Source: a virus (Duplodnaviria; Caudoviricetes). From it: a DNA stretch of 59,367 bases. A program made the position numbers and the translations under genes. Numbering within the stretch: position 1 is the first letter of the stretch; each line of letters begins with the position of its first letter. The notes beneath the pieces were generated by a model, which made no database searches, had not been told where the DNA came from, and saw nothing but the letters and a program-made list of their open reading frames with translations. Below are positions 15,223-23,656 of this stretch, piece after piece. The stretch is from the IMG/VR virus record IMGVR_UViG_3300037244_000010, positions 1-59,367 of that record, one strand, 5' to 3'.

Positions 15223-16857
15223 ATGGACGATTTCAGCGTATTTCTCCCGATTGAAAAGGTGGACGCGCAGAGCGGAATGGTCTGGGGCTATGCCTCAACG
15301 CCATCGAAGGACCTGCAAGGGGAGATTGTTCCGCTGGACGCCATCAAGGCCGCCCTCCCCGACTACATGAAGTGGGCGAACATCAGGACCATGCACACCA
15401 ACAATGCCGTTGGCGTGACCAAAGAGGCCCACATTGACGCCAAAGGGCTCTACATCGGTGCCAAGATCGTTGATCCCGCCGCATGGAAACTGTGCAAGGA
15501 AGGCGTCTACAAGGGCTTCAGTATCGGCGGTTCCAAGCTGGAGAAGGTTGGCGATGTAGTAAAGGCGCTTTCCTTACGAGAGATCAGCCTCGTTGACCGG
15601 CCGGCGAACTCCGATTGCCGCATCGACGTATGCAAGATTGCCGGTGGACTCGCCTTTGGAGGGTCGATGGAGAATCAAACCAGTAACGAGACTTTGATGG
15701 AAAAGGCGCTTGACACGTTCCGGACGATTCTCGGAATGGGGAAGATTGCCCTTCCTGACCTTGCCAAAGCCGCACAGGACCCGAATCCGAGTCCTGTTGA
15801 GTCCGACGAACTGACCGCCGATGAGATGGCCACTCTGACCGCCAAGTTTGCGGACGGCGTTGACCTTGAGAAGCGGGAGTTCAGCGAAAAGGAACGGAAG
15901 CACCTCGGTAGCACTGGGGTAGCGCTTCCCGACGGTTCTTTCCCTGTCCAGACCGTGAAGGATCTTGAGAACGCCGTCCAAGCCTTTGGCCGCGCATCGG
16001 ACCCCGAGAAAGCCAAGGCTCACATTGTCACACGCGCGAAAGCGCTGAACGCAACACACCTTCTACCCGCCGATTGGCCGGGCAGCACCAAAGAGGAGAA
16101 AACAATCATGGCTATGGAACTCCAGAAGCGCTTCACGGCGGCAAGCAAGGCGGCCATAAAGAAGGCCGATGACCACATCAAGAAGGCTTCGGCCTCCCAC
16201 GGCAAGGCGGTCGACGAGATTGAAGCCCTCCACAAGTGCATGGGCAAGGCGGCCGACGGCGGCGATGAGTTCAAGAAGCACCTCACGGCGCTTTCGGGAC
16301 ACATGAACGACATTGCCGACCATCACGAACTGGCTCATGCCGCACTCGGCAAGGCTATGACCGGATGGGATGGAGAGAAGGCGGAAACCGACTTGGGCGA
16401 AGAGCCTGCTTCGGAGAACGTGGAAGAGCTTTCCCCCCGGCGCATGACTGAAGGCGAAGTTGAGGGAAACACCTTCCGCGGCGCTGGCGACTCGCCATAT
16501 TCGGCGTCTGCGATTGCGACGATGGTCAAGGCCGCTGTGGCCGAAGCTACCGCCCCGCTGATTGCCGACAACGCCTTCCTCAAGGGTCAGATGTCCGTGA
16601 TTGAGAATCAGCCCTCCGCGGGGCGCCGCCCGAAGCTGTTCGTTGCCAGCTCCACCGGCGATGTGTTCCCGGCCAGCGACGGCAAGGCCGACTTCAACCG
16701 GATGATCAACAAGTCGCTCTCCGAAGCTGACCCGAACGACCAGCGCAGTTCCGAGCAAGCCACGGCGCGCGCTTTCGGCCTGATGTGTACCCCCGGCAGC
16801 GGGTTTGCGAAGTCGATCAACGACCCCAACTTCAAGATTGACCTGGGCGGCAACTAG
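15223..16857 (+). CDS. Prohead protease (HK97-type) fused to scaffold region
   Basis: VWGYAST..DLQGE..IRTMH..GVYKGFSIGG..EISLVDRPAN; helical C-terminal part; directly before the capsid gene. Confidence 0.9.
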   Translation: MDDFSVFLPIEKVDAQSGMVWGYASTPSKDLQGEIVPLDAIKAALPDYMKWANIRTMHTNNAVGVTKEAHIDAKGLYIGAKIVDPAAWKLCKEGVYKGFSIGGSKLEKVGDVVKALSLREISLVDRPANSDCRIDVCKIAGGLAFGGSMENQTSNETLMEKALDTFRTILGMGKIALPDLAKAAQDPNPSPVESDELTADEMATLTAKFADGVDLEKREFSEKERKHLGSTGVALPDGSFPVQTVKDLENAVQAFGRASDPEKAKAHIVTRAKALNATHLLPADWPGSTKEEKTIMAMELQKRFTAASKAAIKKADDHIKKASASHGKAVDEIEALHKCMGKAADGGDEFKKHLTALSGHMNDIADHHELAHAALGKAMTGWDGEKAETDLGEEPASENVEELSPRRMTEGEVEGNTFRGAGDSPYSASAIATMVKAAVAEATAPLIADNAFLKGQMSVIENQPSAGRRPKLFVASSTGDVFPASDGKADFNRMINKSLSEADPNDQRSSEQATARAFGLMCTPGSGFAKSINDPNFKIDLGGN

Positions 16858-16923
16858 ACCGTCCAGCGCAGTTCACAGCGGTTTCAGTTTGTAGTCAGCA
16901 ACTCGGCAATAGGAGAATCTGAG

Positions 16924-18516
16924 ATGAATGAATTCGAGAAGTTCCTGCAAAGCGACACTTTCAAGCAGGCCATTGACGAGCGTGTTGGCACTCTCGCGAA
17001 GGCCGACACTGTTGACCAGAACACGGGGCTGGTGTGGTACGACCTGAGCCGCATCGTTCAGGAAATGCACCCGTTCAAGCAGTTGATTCCGCTGATCTCC
17101 AGCCTCCCCCGCGTCCCCGCCGATGGCGGCACTGCGCACCGTTGGAAGAGGGTCACCGGCATCAACGTCAACAACGTATCCATCGGCGTCCCCGAGGGCG
17201 AGCGCGCGGCCGCTTCCGCCATCACCGTTCAGGATCAACTGGCAAGCTACAAGACCATGGGCCTCGAAGGATCCGTGTCATGGGAAGCCCGTCTGGCCGC
17301 TCTCAACCTCAAGCCCGATGCTCAAGGCGTGACGATTCAGGCCACGCTGCAAGGTGTCATGGTGGGCGAAGAGCAGACGCTCATCGGCGGCAACGCCTCC
17401 ACCCCGCTGGGTATCACTCCCACGCCCACCTTGACCGCCGCCGGCACTACTTCGGCGCTTTCCAATGTTCCCTACTACCTCGTATGCGTTGCCCTCAGTC
17501 ATGCGGGATGGCGTACCGGCAGCATGGCCAACGGCATCCCCGGACAGGTCACGTTGACCAGCACCACGGGAACCATCACCAACGTGGGCGGCGGATCGGC
17601 TCAGCCTTCCGCGCAGGCCACCATCACCCCGACTGCCGGCCAGATCATCACCGCAACCGTTACGCCTGTGGTCAACGCCGTAGCCTACGCTTGGTACTTC
17701 GGGACCACGACCGGCGCGGCCCGGCTCCAGGGCATCACCACCACGAACCAGGCGAAGTTCAGCTCGGTCCCGTCCACCACCAATCAACTGATTACCGCTC
17801 TCCAGGTCAATGGTGCGTATCAGGACAACTCGACAAATACCCTGTTGCCCGATGGCATTCTCAGCCAGATCAACGGTTCCGTATCCGGTTCCGCCCCTGG
17901 CACCGCCATGGCAACCAACCCGAACCTGCCCGTTGTGGCCAGCGGGACTCTCGGATATGCGGGCTCCGGCGCGCTGATCTTCCAAGGCGCCAGCGGCAAC
18001 ACTGGCTTGACCATTGCCGGTACCAGCATCGTCGAGTTCGATGCCGTCTTCCAGGCTACCTACGACCAGTACAAGATTGGCTTTGACCGGATTCTGGTCA
18101 GCTCCACCGACCTGAACTCGAACATCGCTCAGTTCTTGAACACGGCCAGCACCAATAACAGTCTCCGCATGGTGTTTGAGGCGGACTCGGGCAGCGGATC
18201 TCAGATCGTTGCCGGGCGCGCGGTCAACGCCTACAAGAACAAGATCTACGGCAACACTCTGCCGATTGAAACGCATCCCAACCTGCCTCCGGGCACGATC
18301 CTCTTCTGGTCTGATCGCTCTCCGTACCCGCTGAGCGGTGTGGCCAACATCCTCGAAGCGCGTGTCCGTCAGGACTATGTGCAAGTGTCCTGGCCTCTGC
18401 GCACCCGGCGCAATGAGTACGGCGTGTATGTCGATGAGACATTCGCCCTGTACTTCGCCCCGGCCTTCGCCATCCTGACCAACATCAACCAGCCGACGGG
18501 AACCCAGACGTTCTAA
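16924..18516 (+). CDS. Major capsid protein with inserted beta-rich domain
   Basis: Follows protease; strong RBS and codon bias; HK97-like ends (LPRV, EEQTLIGGN, IETHPNLPPGTI, EYGVYVDETF..FAILTNI). Confidence 0.85.
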   Translation: MNEFEKFLQSDTFKQAIDERVGTLAKADTVDQNTGLVWYDLSRIVQEMHPFKQLIPLISSLPRVPADGGTAHRWKRVTGINVNNVSIGVPEGERAAASAITVQDQLASYKTMGLEGSVSWEARLAALNLKPDAQGVTIQATLQGVMVGEEQTLIGGNASTPLGITPTPTLTAAGTTSALSNVPYYLVCVALSHAGWRTGSMANGIPGQVTLTSTTGTITNVGGGSAQPSAQATITPTAGQIITATVTPVVNAVAYAWYFGTTTGAARLQGITTTNQAKFSSVPSTTNQLITALQVNGAYQDNSTNTLLPDGILSQINGSVSGSAPGTAMATNPNLPVVASGTLGYAGSGALIFQGASGNTGLTIAGTSIVEFDAVFQATYDQYKIGFDRILVSSTDLNSNIAQFLNTASTNNSLRMVFEADSGSGSQIVAGRAVNAYKNKIYGNTLPIETHPNLPPGTILFWSDRSPYPLSGVANILEARVRQDYVQVSWPLRTRRNEYGVYVDETFALYFAPAFAILTNINQPTGTQTF

Positions 18517-18537
18517 CCTACGGATGGATTTACAATG

Positions 18538-18578
18538 AGGCAGGCGGCGGCAACCAAACGCCTCCTGCCTTATTTTTT
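18538..18578 (+). terminator. Intrinsic terminator after the capsid gene
   Basis: aggcagg...cctgcct followed by tatttttt. Confidence 0.75.
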
Positions 18579-18590
18579 GGAGGGAATGAA

Positions 18591-18857
18591 ATGGTCAGAT
18601 TGCAGTGTCCTGAAGGAAATTCGCAGGTTTCTGTCGATGGCAGGAACTACCAAGCAGACGATACCGGGTTCGTGACCGTGCAAGAGGAGAGTGTCCAGAA
18701 GTTGCAAGCTATCGGCTTCAAGATTTCTCCAGTCAGCATGACGGTGAGTCAAGAGGACTTTGACGCCATCGCCGCGAACGCGAGAAATTTGAACTTGCCA
18801 GTACCGGGCGAAGTCAAGGTTGCGGGCAAGCAGAGCGCGCGCATCAAGGTGGAGTGA
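18591..18857 (+). CDS. Hypothetical virion-associated protein
   Basis: GGAGGG RBS; position after capsid. Confidence 0.7.
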   Translation: MVRLQCPEGNSQVSVDGRNYQADDTGFVTVQEESVQKLQAIGFKISPVSMTVSQEDFDAIAANARNLNLPVPGEVKVAGKQSARIKVE

Positions 18858-18861
18858 TCAG

Positions 18862-19695
18862 ATGCCTCATGCGGTTGATTTGACGACATTGACGGACCTG
18901 AAGAACTACATAAGCCCCGCTTTGGGCCAAACAACCGCATCAGATTCAGCACTGGCAAAGATCATCACTGCGGTATCGGACGGCATCAATCGCTATGTAT
19001 CGCGCACCCTGGCTGTGGGAATGTTTGCCGAGGTCCGGAATGGGAATGGCCGGCGCTCAATGCGTGCGCTGATCTATCCGGTCCTGAACGTATCATCTGT
19101 CGTACTGGCAGGATTCTACGGGGAAACAGGACACGTAATCCTCTCGTCTACGAACGGCTCAGCATCTCACCTGTCATGGGACAATTGGTTTATTAACCTA
19201 CGCGATGAGTGCTTCTGGGAAGGTCGTCAGAACATCACTTTGAACTACTCTGGTGGGTTCATGACTCCGGGGCAGCTTGGAGTCCTGACCTTGCCGGGAT
19301 GGACGGCGGCCGCAGTCACCCTGGCCAATGCGCAGATTCAGGTAGGCGGCTTCTACTATGAGGCTGTCAACGGCGGCACGACGGGCGCAACGGCGCCGGG
19401 AACATGGCTCCAGACGCGCAACTCGCTCACGAATGACAACGGCATCTTCTGGAGGTGCGAGGGCGCCATTCCAGTTTTGCCAAGCAATGCGAACATGGTG
19501 CCTGACGATTTCCAGATGGCCTGTATGCAGCAATCGGCGCTGCTGTTCAAGAACAGGACCCGCGTAGGCGATACGGGCTCTGGCGTGGGTCCTGATCGCA
19601 TCAACTATTTTTTGAAGGACGCGCATCCTTCCACAATCTCGATGCTTGACAAGCACCGCGAAGTTTTCCCAACTGACGGCATGGGAACCGTCTAA
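18862..19695 (+). CDS. Head-tail adaptor (gp6/gp15-like) with inserted Trp-rich module
   Basis: DLTTLTDLKNY..I..Y..R, GRQNITLNYSGG, VPDDFQMAC, MLDKHR. Confidence 0.8.
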   Translation: MPHAVDLTTLTDLKNYISPALGQTTASDSALAKIITAVSDGINRYVSRTLAVGMFAEVRNGNGRRSMRALIYPVLNVSSVVLAGFYGETGHVILSSTNGSASHLSWDNWFINLRDECFWEGRQNITLNYSGGFMTPGQLGVLTLPGWTAAAVTLANAQIQVGGFYYEAVNGGTTGATAPGTWLQTRNSLTNDNGIFWRCEGAIPVLPSNANMVPDDFQMACMQQSALLFKNRTRVGDTGSGVGPDRINYFLKDAHPSTISMLDKHREVFPTDGMGTV

Positions 19696-19718
19696 CTTAG
19701 CATAGGAGAATCATCACC

Positions 19719-20498
19719 ATGGCAAATCTCAATCTCCCTAGTCCCACCGCGCAGCAGAGCGACGTTGTTGCAGCGTTGCAGACCGCAGTGCAGGCGGTTC
19801 CGGTCACTCCCCCCGTGGTTGTGGTCACTCCGCTGGCGCCCGCTTCCACCACTCAAACCTACGCCGTTGTCGCCAAGATCGGGACTCAGACGGTTCCCGG
19901 CACGGCCACGATCACCACCGGCGCAGCCACGCTCTCGGCCGCAGCCTCCAATAACATCTCGTGGAACACCATTCCCGGCGCGGTATACGATGTGTACCGC
20001 ACGGCTGGCGGATCGACGCAGGGCAAGATTGCATCCAACCTGCCCGGCGTGACGCTGAACATTTACGGTGGCCCACAAGCCACGCTCCAGAGCGTTTCGC
20101 TGGTGGATACCGGTCTGTCCGCAGATGGCTCTACGGTCCCCGGATTCAACACCAGCGGGACCCTGGCGCATGGTTTGGTTGAGCCCGTCCAGGTTCTTGC
20201 GGCAAACGGCGCCATCTCGCTCGTGACGGGCAACGTGGTCATTACCAAGGGAAGCGTAGCGGCCATCACCCTGCCTCAGCCCATTGCAGGTTCTGCGCAG
20301 TCTGGTGGGCAGGACGGCGCATCGCTGACCGTCACGACCACCACAGCGTATGCGCACACCATCACCACGGCAGCGAGCGGCATCAACGGGACCCTGCATA
20401 TTGCCACGTTCACGGCGGGCGCGGGAAATTCCGTCACGTTCACGGCTTACAACGGAGAGTGGTACGCAACGACTCTCAGCGGCGTGGCCATCAGCTAA
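19719..20498 (+). CDS. Thr/Ala/Gly-rich virion (decoration-like) protein with FN3-like domain
   Basis: AGGAG RBS; TYAVVA..ISWNTIPGAVYDVYRT. Confidence 0.7.
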   Translation: MANLNLPSPTAQQSDVVAALQTAVQAVPVTPPVVVVTPLAPASTTQTYAVVAKIGTQTVPGTATITTGAATLSAAASNNISWNTIPGAVYDVYRTAGGSTQGKIASNLPGVTLNIYGGPQATLQSVSLVDTGLSADGSTVPGFNTSGTLAHGLVEPVQVLAANGAISLVTGNVVITKGSVAAITLPQPIAGSAQSGGQDGASLTVTTTTAYAHTITTAASGINGTLHIATFTAGAGNSVTFTAYNGEWYATTLSGVAIS

Positions 20499-20500
20499 GC

Positions 20501-21097
20501 ATGGACATCACCCTAGAAGGCGGCAAGCGGCTCTCTGCACGGTTGGATCATATGGGTCCTGCCATCAGAACGGCCGCGCGCCGCCAACTGGCAAACATCG
20601 GCGAGCACCTGGCTAGATACGGGCAACAGCACTTCAAGGAATCAGGACTCAAGAAACGATCTGGAAATCTCGCTGTATCTATGGCTGCATTGCCAGTTGA
20701 GGAAGACGAGCACAGCATTACTGGCGGAATGATGGTCGGCAAAGGACTCAAGTACGCAAAGGCCCAAGAATATGGTGCCGAGATCGATGCGCAATCAGGA
20801 CACATGTTGGCAATACCGATGGAAGACGCACTGACCCCCGCTGGAGTTGCAAGATTCGCACCTCGGGACGCGCAGTCTGAAGGCGCTTATGATCGAATCT
20901 TCTTCTCAAATGTGGGCAGCAACGTTTACATGTTCGGCGTGAAAGACGGCATCGTTCACCTGCTTTTCGTTCTCGTGCATCACGTTTCAATCCCGGCGCG
21001 GCCGTTTGCGGGTCCTGCTCTTGACGCCAACCGGGCATGGATTGAAGCGAGACTAAAACAAGCGGTCGATGAAGGAATCAAGGAGTCGGGAGAGTAG
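20501..21097 (+). CDS. Neck/tail completion protein (HK97 gp10/Mu gpG-like)
   Basis: RSGNLAVS, KYAKAQEYG, IPARPF motifs. Confidence 0.75.
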   Translation: MDITLEGGKRLSARLDHMGPAIRTAARRQLANIGEHLARYGQQHFKESGLKKRSGNLAVSMAALPVEEDEHSITGGMMVGKGLKYAKAQEYGAEIDAQSGHMLAIPMEDALTPAGVARFAPRDAQSEGAYDRIFFSNVGSNVYMFGVKDGIVHLLFVLVHHVSIPARPFAGPALDANRAWIEARLKQAVDEGIKESGE

Positions 21098-21099
21098 CC

Positions 21100-21678
21100 A
21101 TGTTCTACAACGATCCGAGAATCGGGATGGTTCAGGGAGATCTTCACAAGGCCGAAGACGAAGACGGCTCATGGATCACTATGAACGGGACGCATGTCCA
21201 TATGAAAGACGGAGAAGTGGATAAGGGGCCGCAGAAGGTCAAGGACCACGTCGCCGGCAAGAACGCAGAGAAAGCAAAATCTGCTGAGCCAAAAGCGATG
21301 CCGAAACTGCAAGGATCGGAAAAGCAGATAGCTTGGGCCGATAACATTAGAGATCGACGCATCAAAACCATCAATGATCTTCATCAAATCAACGTAAGAC
21401 GAGTAGAGAATGATCGCAAAGATGATGGCGGCCATACTCCATCTACCGATAGAATGCTAGAAGCGTCAGAGAGAGCGAAAGCGGACATGATGGATCATAT
21501 CGCTTCTCAAACCGACGCACACGAAATCATCGAGACAAGAGACAGGGCCCCCTATGACCGCATGATGTTTTCTCGGTTTAGTGAGCACTACAACGCCATC
21601 AAGAACGGGACCACTCCGAAATCATTTGGTGCCCAATACCCAAAAGGTGACCGAGAATTCATGCCGGAGTACGACTAA
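21100..21678 (+). CDS. Hypothetical protein, candidate internal head protein
   Basis: MFYNDPRIGM leader; WITMNGTHVHM motif; LQGSEKQIAWA..IR motif. Confidence 0.7.
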   Translation: MFYNDPRIGMVQGDLHKAEDEDGSWITMNGTHVHMKDGEVDKGPQKVKDHVAGKNAEKAKSAEPKAMPKLQGSEKQIAWADNIRDRRIKTINDLHQINVRRVENDRKDDGGHTPSTDRMLEASERAKADMMDHIASQTDAHEIIETRDRAPYDRMMFSRFSEHYNAIKNGTTPKSFGAQYPKGDREFMPEYD

Positions 21679-21680
21679 TG

Positions 21681-21902
21681 CTAAAATCTTTTGCCTTTAA
21701 TCCCGCTTGCAGGACCACTGTAAAGTACAGATCCGCGATCAGACATGACCTTGATGGAGATGTAATCTTTATCGCTGCATTGATGGATATTATCGGCCAG
21801 CACTTTGTGGAGTTGTGCGCGATCCGGAATCGAATCAATTATCGTGGATACTGGATAGTAGGCTGGGTAGGAGGGATCGTTGCGGGTAATAGTCAGCTTC
21901 AT
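21681..21902 (-). CDS. Moron-like small gene antisense within the structural operon
   Basis: GGAG RBS; own promoter TTGACA-16-TAAACT at 21978-21951. Confidence 0.65.
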   Translation of the reverse strand: MKLTITRNDPSYPAYYPVSTIIDSIPDRAQLHKVLADNIHQCSDKDYISIKVMSDRGSVLYSGPASGIKGKRF

Positions 21903-22012
21903 GTCTTTCTCCAACGCCTCTGGTTGAGGCTGTTTCTCAGGTACAAACTGAGTTTATCAAACCCTATGAGAATGTCAAGCAATTTGTTTATTAAATGCGT
22001 GGAGGCTTGCTG

Positions 22013-22483
22013 ATGGGAAACCCGCTCGGCCGCGAAACGATATATTCGGCATTCTTCACGCAGTTGAAGGCGGCGCTCGTGACCCCGACAAGCCCGTTCA
22101 ACTATGCTGGCCGTCGTCCGGTTCCTGATACCGACTTGGCTGAGGAGCAGTACCCCGCATTCTTCATGATGGAGGCCGGTGAAATCTATGACCGTAGCGT
22201 TCTATTTGCGCCTGCGCGGGTATCTCTACTCTGCACGATTTCAGTTGTTTCCCTTCAAGGCGAAGTTCCAGATGAGACCAATGTCTCAAATCTTAACAAC
22301 CTTGCGGATGCGGTTGAGAGCGCCATACAGGATTCGGTCGGGCCAACGGCGGACTTGACCCTGGGCGGACTGGTGCAAGATTGCTGGATCACGCATCGGA
22401 CCTTGACAATTACCGGCTCATCGTCGCAACGTCAGAGCAAACAGAACTTCGGCGTAGAAATCGTACTGCCGCATTCGAGGTGA
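22013..22483 (+). CDS. Tail terminator/neck-like protein
   Basis: GGAGG RBS; RETIY..L..YPAFF..LADAVESAI..TLGGLV. Confidence 0.7.
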   Translation: MGNPLGRETIYSAFFTQLKAALVTPTSPFNYAGRRPVPDTDLAEEQYPAFFMMEAGEIYDRSVLFAPARVSLLCTISVVSLQGEVPDETNVSNLNNLADAVESAIQDSVGPTADLTLGGLVQDCWITHRTLTITGSSSQRQSKQNFGVEIVLPHSR

Positions 22484-22486
22484 CAA

Positions 22487-22930
22487 ATGTTCTACGAAGA
22501 CTCCAGAATGGGAATGGCGAAGTCGGCAACCCCCAACCCCTACAACAATCACGGCGTGGGCTGCCCTTGTATTCTATGCGGCCAGACGCGCGGGATGGCG
22601 ATGGCAAAGCGGGACGCCGGTGCCAGCGAAGAGAAGATGCACCTGGCCATTGCCCATAGCCTGCACCACTCGCAGGCAAAGGGTGATCACGAGCGCAAGG
22701 CTTACGGCTGGGGAGGCGTTCATGATGGGCAGGCACCGCCCGAACTCACTGTCGAGCAGAAGGCCAAGCATCTGGAAGCGGCCGCCGCTCACGGGCAAGC
22801 TCAGGACCATTACCGTTCTGCGGCCAACTCCTACCGCGACAACCTGCCTAAGGGTGCCGCTGAGCATCAGAAGCTGGCAGAGGAAGCGGCGGCGCGGGCC
22901 GAGAAGCTGAGCGCAAAGGCGAACGCGTAA
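22487..22930 (+). CDS. His/Ala-rich hypothetical protein, candidate internal head protein
   Basis: GAGGTG RBS; MFYEDSRMGM leader shared with 21100..21678; HxxxCxCxxC. Confidence 0.7.
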   Translation: MFYEDSRMGMAKSATPNPYNNHGVGCPCILCGQTRGMAMAKRDAGASEEKMHLAIAHSLHHSQAKGDHERKAYGWGGVHDGQAPPELTVEQKAKHLEAAAAHGQAQDHYRSAANSYRDNLPKGAAEHQKLAEEAAARAEKLSAKANA

Positions 22931-23539
22931 ATGAGCGACCCAACATATGGCGCGCTCCCGGTACAGATCGACCCCACGGCATGGGGCGGCAGGACCAACA
23001 CGCCTACCGCGTCCCTTACCGTAGACTCGATTCAGAACCAGATAGCCGCCCAGCTTGTAGCGTTCTTCGCTTCCGGTTCGCTGGCAATTCCGGTCTACAT
23101 CTACCCGGCCTTCGATCTTGATACGTGGTGGGCTTCATCGGCGATTGCTTTCGTCCTGATTTCCTACAGCAACACGGGACTCTCGAAACCGCTTGCAACG
23201 TCGAGCATGGTCCAGGAGCGCACTCTCCAGTTCAAGGTCCACGTTGAAGCGCGCAAGACAGCGTGGAACCTCAGCGGGGTCGGCTCAGTCTACGCGCTCA
23301 TCGATGCAATTGAATCGGCGCTCGGGGGATTCCAGCCTACCGGATGCCGTCACGCCTACTTCACTGAGGAAAGATTCTCGGAACAGGACCCACAAGGGCG
23401 CGTCTGGCTGTACGACTTGACGTTCAACGTCCTCACCATTCGCCCGCGGCTGTTGCCCTCTTACGCGCTGGCGAACTTGCAGCAAGCGATTTTCAACGTT
23501 ACTCCGAGCGGAGATCAGATCATCGTTCCATCGGAGTAG
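22931..23539 (+). CDS. Mu gp37-like tail completion protein
   Basis: QERTLQF, YALIDAIESALGGFQP, VWLYDLTF; precedes sheath. Confidence 0.7.
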   Translation: MSDPTYGALPVQIDPTAWGGRTNTPTASLTVDSIQNQIAAQLVAFFASGSLAIPVYIYPAFDLDTWWASSAIAFVLISYSNTGLSKPLATSSMVQERTLQFKVHVEARKTAWNLSGVGSVYALIDAIESALGGFQPTGCRHAYFTEERFSEQDPQGRVWLYDLTFNVLTIRPRLLPSYALANLQQAIFNVTPSGDQIIVPSE

Positions 23540-23544
23540 CAACC

Positions 23545-23627
23545 TGATACACTTTGTATCGACGGGTACTCAAGCACTGAGGCTCGGATGGTTCTGGTTT
23601 GATAAGCCAGCACTGTCCGGGCCTTTT
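23545..23627 (+). promoter_or_regulatory. Late leader element B
   Basis: TGaTACACT-7nt-GACGGGTAC-hairpin-terminator GGCTCGGATGGT/ACTGTCCGGGCC-TTTT. Confidence 0.8.
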
Positions 23628-23656
23628 CACGTTTGGCGGCAAAGGAGCGGAGAAAT

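Noticed and set aside
17034-18384. Long alternative-frame and antisense ORFs over the capsid gene (and similar ones elsewhere)
   Set aside because: Shadow ORFs expected from GC-rich codon bias; no RBS or recognisable motifs.
21678-22013. + strand 111-aa ORF in the neck cluster
   Set aside because: Overlaps a - strand gene that has a clear promoter and RBS; the product looks non-protein-like. Not fully excluded.
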